From: a virus | Taxonomy: Duplodnaviria; Heunggongvirae; Uroviricota; Caudoviricetes | Reading direction: 5' to 3' (one strand) | Length of the DNA: 4,820 nt | Virus record (IMG/VR): IMGVR_UViG_2690316148_000012 | Shown: positions 1-4,820 of the stretch, piece after piece | Numbering within the stretch: position 1 is the first letter of the stretch | How the letters are laid out: each line of letters opens with the position of its first letter | Program-made: the position numbers and the translations under genes | The notes under the pieces: model-generated | What the model was told of the DNA's origin: nothing | Database searches by the model: none | Seen by the model: only the letters and a program-made list of their open reading frames with translations

Positions 1-155
1 CCTCAAAAACACCATCATACACTAAATCAGTAAGTTGGCAGCATCACCGAAGTGGTAAAGAAGATAATAAAGAATAATATTTAGGGTTATAGGTCTTAGC
101 CCATTTTAAATGGAAGGCAGACATGCAGCCATGCATACTTCGCATGGCAACATAA

Positions 156-584
156 TTATTTAGACAAACTATCTAATTTTTGCGTCGCTTTTTGTGTTAG
201 GTCGCTGTAACTGATAAACCCTACGTTAGCACCTACAATTAACACTAAGAACACTAAGCTGCATATGGATAGAGTGGCAGATTTATGCTTATGGAAAACA
301 AAATATGCTACTATTGCACTTAATATGAAGGAAATGAATAGAAATATAGATGTTGATGTTTTTAGATATTTTTCAGGAAATAATGGGTGAGCAATAATGT
401 ATACAAGATTAAGTAGTATATAAATTGCTACCGGAATGAAAATCATGCTCCAGTGTGTATCTTTTTTGGGAGGGATTGGCTGCAAATAATCAGACACCGT
501 TTTTCCATCAGTTTCAAGAAGAATTACTAGATCTCTTACTTCACCACTGACTTGAGTGCCATCCTTAGTAGTAATGTTAATCAT
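156..584 (-). CDS. hypothetical small membrane protein, 142 aa; ~45-aa hydrophilic N-terminal domain followed by three predicted transmembrane helices; second gene of the two-gene operon
   Basis: Part of ORF track 156..641 (-). Start placed at the internal ATG 584..582 (MINITTKDG...), which has a GGAGGG Shine-Dalgarno 5 nt upstream (minus-strand TATTTGGAGGGAAAAAATG) and overlaps the upstream stop as ATGA. Three hydrophobic stretches: SMIFIPVAIYILLNLVYIIAHPLF, SIFLFISFILSAIVAYFVF, LSICSLVFLVLIVGANVGFISY. Basic loop HKHK between helices 2 and 3. Confidence 0.6.
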   Translation of the reverse strand: MINITTKDGTQVSGEVRDLVILLETDGKTVSDYLQPIPPKKDTHWSMIFIPVAIYILLNLVYIIAHPLFPEKYLKTSTSIFLFISFILSAIVAYFVFHKHKSATLSICSLVFLVLIVGANVGFISYSDLTQKATQKLDSLSK

Positions 585-958
585 TTTTTCCCTCCAAATA
601 CGATGCCCTCTACGTCTTTGGAAGCTTTTTGTGATGACCACTCCTCTGAATCAGGTGATTTAATTAAAAATATTGTATCTCCATCAAAAATCGTATTTGT
701 TCCGTAAAAATTCACATTTGATAGATCACCACCAAAAACCCTCTGCCCACTCGAGGTAATTGCCTCACCTAATTTAGTAAAATTACCAGCAATAGATGAT
801 TTTCTTTTTCCACTTCTATTCAAAGTGGCTTTAATTACACCACCACCATCCTTAGAGTTAAATAATTGAATGTCCACTCCAGCAGTTGGTTGTATATATT
901 TTGAAAGCTCTTTCTTGAACTTGTTAATATATTTATCTTTGTTTTCTTTGTTGGTCAT
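581..958 (-). CDS. hypothetical protein, 125 aa, soluble, Lys-rich N-terminus and Gly-rich body; first gene of an AT-rich two-gene operon; family not recognised
   Basis: ORF track 581..958 (-). Starts MTNKENKDKY at ATG 958..956 with no obvious Shine-Dalgarno. Ends GGKK*, and its TGA (583..581) overlaps the ATG (584..582) of the next gene. No hydrophobic segment or signal peptide by eye. Hand-counted G+C is far lower than in the neighbouring nin genes. Confidence 0.6.
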   Translation of the reverse strand: MTNKENKDKYINKFKKELSKYIQPTAGVDIQLFNSKDGGGVIKATLNRSGKRKSSIAGNFTKLGEAITSSGQRVFGGDLSNVNFYGTNTIFDGDTIFLIKSPDSEEWSSQKASKDVEGIVFGGKK

Positions 959-1130
959 TGGTTAGATCCATAGTTCTGGCTGTGATTAGGTGAAAGTATA
1001 CAAGGTTTTTAAAGCGAAGATCACTGTTTTGGCTTCAAGATAGTTTTGATTTATCGTAATCAATCCGCCATAATCCTCTCATCGGAGCCTGAACAACTCC
1101 GGTGACTTCTGCGCATTTAAGGGGACTTAA

Positions 1131-1226
1131 ATGCGACCACAATCTGAACTCATCACCTTGTCACAGATGCAGAAATGCACCTGCGATTTTCTGCATTCTG
1201 CGGTTTCCGTTAGGGAGGCCGTATGA
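1131..1226 (+). CDS. small ORF, 31 aa (MRPQSELITLSQMQKCTCDFLHSAVSVREAV), possibly the ylcH-like small protein found upstream of ybcN in DLP12-type prophages
   Basis: Hand translation, too short for the ORF track. An in-frame TAA sits immediately upstream (1128-1130). AAGGGG lies 6 nt before the ATG. Its stop TGA (1224-1226) overlaps the ybcN ATG (1223-1225). Identity with ylcH is from memory of gene order and approximate size only. Confidence 0.35.
   Translation: MRPQSELITLSQMQKCTCDFLHSAVSVREAV
1167..1196. repeat. inverted repeat ATGCAGAAA-N12-TTTCTGCAT (9-bp perfect arms) inside the small ORF just upstream of ybcN; possible operator or weak terminator/attenuator
   Basis: Arms at 1167-1175 and 1188-1196 pair perfectly. 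Followed by TCTGCGGTTTCCGTT, only moderately T-rich. Confidence 0.3.
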
Positions 1227-1678
1227 CTCTGCCAGTAGACGGCATCAAACTCCATCGCGGTAACTTCGCGGCCATCGGCCAGCAGATTCAGCCATTGCTG
1301 GATGCCGGGCAATGCTTACGCCTGCAGGTTAAGCCGTGGCGCGAGAAGCGCAGCCTGTCGCAGAACGCGCTCAGCCACATGTGGTACACGGAGATCAGCG
1401 AATATCTCATCGCCCGCGGCAAGACCTTCGCTACGCCTGAGTGGGTCAAAGACGCGATGAAGCACACCTATCTCGGCTACGAAAGCAAAGACCGTGTAGA
1501 TGTCGTGTCCGGCGAGGTCACCACCGTCCAATCCCTCCGCCATACGTCAGAGCTGGAAACCGGCGAGATGTACATCTTCCTGTGCAAAGTCGAAGCCTGG
1601 GCGATGAATATCGGCTGCCACCTGACAATTCCGCAGAGCTGTGAATACCAGCAGCTGCGCGATAAGCAGGAGGCGTAA
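1223..1678 (+). CDS. ybcN: YbcN-family prophage protein (DLP12 nin region; reported DNA base-flipping protein), 151 aa
   Basis: ORF track 1223..1678. Protein MTLPVDGIKLHRGNFAAIG...QLRDKQEA matches my recollection of E. coli YbcN in length and sequence. AGGGAGG Shine-Dalgarno at 1212-1218. Followed by ninE, ybcO and rusA in the canonical order. Confidence 0.85.
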   Translation: MTLPVDGIKLHRGNFAAIGQQIQPLLDAGQCLRLQVKPWREKRSLSQNALSHMWYTEISEYLIARGKTFATPEWVKDAMKHTYLGYESKDRVDVVSGEVTTVQSLRHTSELETGEMYIFLCKVEAWAMNIGCHLTIPQSCEYQQLRDKQEA

Positions 1679-1848
1679 TGGCTACACCGCTTATTCGTGT
1701 CATGAACGGGCACATCTACAGAGTATCAAATCGTCGTAAGCGTAAGCCTGAGCTGAAGCCATCCGAAATACCAACACTGCTCGGATATACCGCTAGCCTG
1801 GTTGATAAAAAATGGTTGCGACTGGCAGCAAGGAGGAATCATGGCTGA
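1678..1848 (+). CDS. ninE: NinE-family protein, 56 aa
   Basis: Hand translation: [56 protein letters not shown]. The ATG (1678-1680) overlaps the ybcN stop TAA (1676-1678). AGGAGG at 1668-1673. Below the ORF-track length cutoff. Position between ybcN and ybcO fits the DLP12 order. Confidence 0.75.
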   Translation: MATPLIRVMNGHIYRVSNRRKRKPELKPSEIPTLLGYTASLVDKKWLRLAARRNHG

Positions 1849-2131
1849 TTTGAGAAAAGCAGCGCGTGGTCGGGAATGCCAGGTAAGAATCCCTGGCGTA
1901 TGTAATGGCAATCCTGAAACGTCAGTACTGGCACATATCCGGCTGGCTGGATTGTGCGGTACCGGTATCAAACCGCCAGACCTGATTGCCACCATTGCAT
2001 GTTCTGCCTGTCACGACGAAATCGACCGCCGCACATATTTTGTCGATGCTGAGTATGCAAAAGAATGCGCGCTGGAAGGTATGGCGAGAACGCAGGTTAT
2101 CTGGCTGAAAGAGGGGGTTATTAAGGCGTGA
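1841..2131 (+). CDS. ybcO: YbcO-family prophage protein (DUF1364, putative Cys-rich metal-binding nuclease), 96 aa
   Basis: Part of ORF track 1802..2131. Start placed at the internal ATG 1841 ([23 protein letters not shown]...), which has AGGAGG at 1831-1836 and gives the 96-aa size I recall for YbcO. Overlaps the ninE stop (ATGGCTGA). Multiple Cys (CQV, GVCNG, CGTG, CSACHDE). Confidence 0.8.
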   Translation: MADLRKAARGRECQVRIPGVCNGNPETSVLAHIRLAGLCGTGIKPPDLIATIACSACHDEIDRRTYFVDAEYAKECALEGMARTQVIWLKEGVIKA

Positions 2132-2490
2132 ATACCTACAGCATCACATTACCCTGGCCTCCGAGCAATAACCGCTATTACCGCCATAATCGCGGGCGCA
2201 CACACATCAGCGCAGAAGGGCAGGCATACCGCGATAACGTCACCCGAATCATTAAAAACGCAATGCTGGATATCGGCCTGGCTATGCCAGTGAAAATCCG
2301 TATTGAGTGCCACATGCCGGATCGCCGTCGCCGTGACCTGGATAATCTGCAAAAAGCCGCTTTTGACGCACTCACCAAAGCAGGTTTCTGGCTGGATGAT
2401 GCTCAGGTCGTTGATTACCGCGTTGTGAAGATGCCTGTTACCAAAGGTGGGAGGCTGGAACTGACCATCACCGAAATGGGGAATGAATGA
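2128..2490 (+). CDS. rusA: RusA Holliday-junction resolvase (crossover junction endodeoxyribonuclease), 120 aa
   Basis: ORF track 2128..2490. Protein [37 protein letters not shown]...[11 protein letters not shown] matches my recollection of E. coli RusA. GTG start overlaps the ybcO stop (GTGA). Acidic clusters DRRRRDLDN and WLDDAQ are present, consistent with the known catalytic Asp residues. Confidence 0.85.
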   Translation: MNTYSITLPWPPSNNRYYRHNRGRTHISAEGQAYRDNVTRIIKNAMLDIGLAMPVKIRIECHMPDRRRRDLDNLQKAAFDALTKAGFWLDDAQVVDYRVVKMPVTKGGRLELTITEMGNE

Positions 2491-2627
2491 TGTTTGAGTT
2501 TTATATGGCAGAACTTCTTCGCCACCGCTGGGGGCATCTGCGCTTATATCGTTTCCCCGGTTCTGTTTTGACCGATTACCGAATACTGAAGAATTACGCC
2601 AAAACCCTGACAGGAGCAGGAGTATGA
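2487..2627 (+). CDS. ylcG: YlcG-family small protein, 46 aa
   Basis: Hand translation: [46 protein letters not shown]. The ATG (2487) overlaps the rusA stop (ATGAATGATG context). Below the ORF-track cutoff. Position between rusA and quuD fits the DLP12 order. Confidence 0.65.
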   Translation: MMFEFYMAELLRHRWGHLRLYRFPGSVLTDYRILKNYAKTLTGAGV

Positions 2628-2712
2628 AGTCAGAGATAACAATCAACTAATACTGTTTTGTTGATTTTTGCTTGTAATTGGCGTTCTGGTCTGATTTTTG
2701 TGGAGTAAGTTG

Positions 2713-3096
2713 ATGCGTGATATTCAGATGGTTCTTGAGCGTTGGGGAGCGTGGGCGGCTAATAATCATGAAGATGTGACCTGGTCGTCCATTGCCGCCG
2801 GTTTTAAGGGATTAATTACTTCAAAAGTAAAATCTCGCCCGCAATGTTGTGACGATGACGCGATGATTATTTGCGGGTGCATGGCCCGTCTGAAAAAGAA
2901 CAACAGCGATTTGCACGATTTATTAGTAGATTATTATGTAGTCGGTATGACATTCATGTCACTGGCAGGTAAGCATTGCTGCTCTGATGGTTATATCGGG
3001 AAAAGGTTACAGAAGGCTGAGGGCATAATTGAAGGGATGTTAATGGCATTAGATATCCGGTTAGAGATGGATATCGTTGTTAATAACTCTAATTAA
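2713..3096 (+). CDS. quuD: Q-family late-gene antitermination protein, 127 aa
   Basis: ORF track 2698..3096, which begins at a TTG. I prefer ATG 2713 ([22 protein letters not shown]...), which has GGAG at 2702-2705 with 7-nt spacing. Cys-rich ([19 protein letters not shown]), consistent with a Zn-binding Q antiterminator. Located just upstream of a hairpin/terminator region, as expected for Q. Confidence 0.8.
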   Translation: MRDIQMVLERWGAWAANNHEDVTWSSIAAGFKGLITSKVKSRPQCCDDDAMIICGCMARLKKNNSDLHDLLVDYYVVGMTFMSLAGKHCCSDGYIGKRLQKAEGIIEGMLMALDIRLEMDIVVNNSN

Positions 3097-3129
3097 TATG
3101 CCAATTGTTTACTAAAAATTATTAAAAAT

Positions 3130-3147
3130 GGGGCGTTGCAACGCCCC
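3130..3147 (-). terminator. perfect 18-bp palindrome GGGGCGTTGCAACGCCCC flanked by A/T tracts; candidate rho-independent terminator for the convergent porin gene, possibly bidirectional
   Basis: The sequence is its own reverse complement (GC-rich stem, TGCA loop). On the - strand it is followed by ATTTTTAATAATTTTT (from + 3113-3129), a U-rich tract. On the + strand it is followed by CAAAAATAAA, so it is a poor + terminator. Confidence 0.4.
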
Positions 3148-3235
3148 CAAAAATAAAGGGTAATATATAACAGAAGGTTTATATAGTTAGAAGCAAGGTT
3201 GTGCTCCTAAAGGAAGTGGCTTGAGGGAGCCACTT

Positions 3236-3274
3236 ATATGTTGGGGAGGCAAAGCCTCCCGCAACATATCTTTT
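3236..3274 (+). terminator. candidate rho-independent terminator downstream of quuD (tR'-like): ~15-bp stem with one bulge, AAA loop, then TTTT
   Basis: ATATGTTGGGGAGGC (3236-3250), loop AAA, then GCCTCCCGCAACATAT (3254-3269) with a bulged G at 3261, followed by CTTTTAG (T-tract 3271-3274). A second hairpin sits immediately upstream (AAGTGGCT 3214-3221 / AGCCACTT 3228-3235). Confidence 0.45.
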
Positions 3275-3284
3275 AGTAATCAAA

Positions 3285-4367
3285 TTAGAACTGGTAAACC
3301 ATACCTACAGCAACGATATCATCGGTAGCAACGCCAGATGCTTTCGTGAAATCGCTCTTATCAATCAGGTTGATTTTGTAATCAACAAAAGTGGACATAT
3401 TTTTGTTGAAGTAATAGGTTGCACCTACATCAATATATTCAACCAGGTCCTGATCACCCCACGCACCCAAGTCTTTTCCTTTAGATTGCAGGTAAGCAAC
3501 GGACGGACGCAGACCGAAGTCGAACTGATATTGTGCAACTACTTCGAAGTTTTGTGCTTTGTTGGCAATATGGTTATTACCAAAAACAGTCATGTTCTGG
3601 GTTTCAGAATAGGTGGTAGCCAGATAGATGTTGTTCGCATCATATTTCAGACCAGCTGCCCATACTTCAGCATTTTGACCAGATGCATTCAGGCTGTTGT
3701 TACCGTAGATAACCTGATTATTAGTGCGGTCAGATTTAGCATAGGTTGCACCTACACCGAATCCTTCATACTCATAAGTAGTGGAGAAACCGAAACCATC
3801 ACCATTAGCTTCAGTTACGTCAGTGCGGTCATTTTTACCCTGATACTGAGCAGCAAAGTTCAGACCATCAACCAGACCAAAGAAGTCGTTGTTACGATAA
3901 GTTGCAACACCAGTGGTGCGACCAGTCATGAACACATCTGTTTGAGTCCAAGTGTCACCACCGAATTCTGGCAGGACGTCAGTCCACGCACCGATGTCGT
4001 ATGCTACACCGTAGTTACGGCCGTAATCGATGGAGCCGTAGTCACCGAATTTCAGGCCAGCGAAGGCAAGACGGGTTTTATCTTTGGAGGAACCTTGAGA
4101 TTCAGCGCGGTTGCCTTTGAATTCATATTCCCACTGACCGAAACCAGTCAGTTGATCGTTGATTTGGGTTTCACCTTTGAAGCCAAGACGGGCATAAGTA
4201 GTATCACCATCATCTGCATCATTAGAGGAGAAGTAGTGCTTAGCATTAACTTTCCCGTACAGATCCAGCTTGTTACTGTCTTTATTATAAATTTCAGCTG
4301 CCTGAGCAGACATCGCCATCAGTACTGATGCAGCTACAGCAGAAATTGCCACTGTTAATTTTTTCAT
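3285..4367 (-). CDS. nmpC: general diffusion porin of the OmpC/OmpF/PhoE family (nmpC-type prophage-borne porin), precursor ~360 aa with an N-terminal signal peptide
   Basis: ORF track 3285..4427 (-). Start placed at the internal ATG 4367..4365 ([29 protein letters not shown]...), a typical signal peptide with an AQA-A cleavage site. Mature N-terminus [16 protein letters not shown] is porin-like. The C-terminus ends ...VGMVYQF, with the terminal Phe characteristic of outer-membrane beta-barrels. Convergent position after quuD fits DLP12. Confidence 0.8.
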   Translation of the reverse strand: MKKLTVAISAVAASVLMAMSAQAAEIYNKDSNKLDLYGKVNAKHYFSSNDADDGDTTYARLGFKGETQINDQLTGFGQWEYEFKGNRAESQGSSKDKTRLAFAGLKFGDYGSIDYGRNYGVAYDIGAWTDVLPEFGGDTWTQTDVFMTGRTTGVATYRNNDFFGLVDGLNFAAQYQGKNDRTDVTEANGDGFGFSTTYEYEGFGVGATYAKSDRTNNQVIYGNNSLNASGQNAEVWAAGLKYDANNIYLATTYSETQNMTVFGNNHIANKAQNFEVVAQYQFDFGLRPSVAYLQSKGKDLGAWGDQDLVEYIDVGATYYFNKNMSTFVDYKINLIDKSDFTKASGVATDDIVAVGMVYQF

Positions 4368-4571
4368 CGTGAGCCCTTTTTTTGAACTATTATTAAAAAA
4401 TGATGTCACTGCGCGATAAATATTCATCTAATCAATGTGATTATTTCAAGATGTAAGTTTTGGTTTCTCGTTTGATTTGTGAAGTAGATCTCTATTTTTA
4501 TCTGAACTTTTTTCTATCGAATCCTATTCATGGCTCTTGGCTGAATAAAAATAAATCTATTAGCCAATTTA

Positions 4572-4690
4572 NNNNNNNNNNNNNNNNNNNNNNNNNNNNN
4601 NNNNNNNNNNNNNNNNNNNNNNNNNNNNNNNNNNNNNNNNNNNNNNNNNNNNNNNNNNNNNNNNNNNNNNNNNNNNNNNNNNNNNNNNNN
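4572..4690. other. run of 119 N (masked or unresolved sequence) in the AT-rich region upstream of the porin gene
   Basis: Literal n characters in the input. The two ORF-track entries spanning it (4460..4744 + and 4528..4755 -) are artefacts of translating N as X. Confidence 0.99.
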
Positions 4691-4820
4691 TTATTTGTTG
4701 GGATTTGCTTATGTATTTGTAGTGGTGTTTTCAATACTCGGTAGCATTCTCGCAAATATCATTTAGTGGTTTACGTACGTAAAAAATTGGGGTAATGACT
4801 CCAACTTATTGATAGTGTTT

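Noticed and set aside
128-148. Hairpin GCCATGC-N7-GCATGGC just downstream (on the - strand) of the membrane-protein gene stop, considered as the operon terminator
   Set aside because: The stem is only 7 bp and is not followed by a U-tract on the - strand. It may still contribute to 3'-end formation, but I cannot support calling it a terminator.
585-641. Longer 161-aa version of the membrane-protein ORF starting at GTG 641..639
   Set aside because: The GTG directly abuts its only purine-rich stretch with no spacer, and the extension would overlap the upstream gene by 61 nt. The internal ATG with GGAGGG at 5-nt spacing and ATGA coupling is much more plausible.
1127-1715. ORF-track entries 1127..1312 (-), 1316..1543 (-), 1441..1644 (+), 1477..1713 (-), 1518..1715 (-) overlapping ybcN
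   Set aside because: They lie antisense or out of frame inside the well-supported ybcN gene and have Arg/Pro/Cys-rich low-complexity products. They are shadow ORFs typical of GC-rich coding sequence.
1726-2646. Antisense ORFs 1726..1995 (-), 2149..2646 (-, 165 aa) and 2178..2378 (-) opposite ninE, ybcO, rusA and ylcG
   Set aside because: They are fully embedded antisense to a tightly coupled, recognisable gene chain, with no Shine-Dalgarno support. The 165-aa one is long, but I see no independent evidence for it.
3486-4328. 280-aa ORF on the + strand entirely inside the porin gene
   Set aside because: It is antisense to a confidently identified porin CDS, and the product is low-complexity. 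The biased codon composition of porin genes commonly leaves long stop-free antisense frames.
4368-4427. 20-codon N-terminal extension of the porin ORF ([20 protein letters not shown])
   Set aside because: A canonical signal peptide begins at the internal MKKLT, and the extension would bury it. The extension is AT-rich, looks like 5' leader, and has no Shine-Dalgarno.
4460-4755. ORFs 4460..4744 (+) and 4528..4755 (-) spanning the N-run
   Set aside because: Both are open only because N translates to X. The real flanking sequence contributes only short AT-rich stretches.
1-4820. Scan for CRISPR arrays, tandem repeats, tRNA/rRNA genes and IS terminal inverted repeats
   Set aside because: No periodic direct repeats, no tRNA-like cloverleaf candidates and no transposase-like ORF were seen. 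The only repeats found are the short inverted repeats reported above.

Overview
This window looks like a slice of a lambdoid (DLP12-type) prophage from an E. coli-like genome. The centre (1131-3096, + strand) is the conserved nin/Q block: a small ylcH-like ORF, then ybcN, ninE, ybcO, rusA, ylcG and quuD, chained by overlapping stop/start codons. A hairpin-rich 188-nt intergenic region follows, then a convergent, apparently intact OmpC/OmpF-family porin gene (nmpC-type moron) on the - strand. The left ~1.1 kb is different: an AT-rich two-gene operon on the - strand encoding a 125-aa soluble protein and a 142-aa protein with three predicted transmembrane helices, coupled by an ATGA overlap. I do not recognise either protein, and this operon is the best candidate here for an undescribed accessory module, possibly anti-phage or superinfection exclusion. 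A 119-nt N-run (4572-4690) hides part of the region upstream of the porin gene. No rRNA, tRNA, CRISPR array or IS element is visible. All gene names rest on my recall of the protein sequences, not on a database search.
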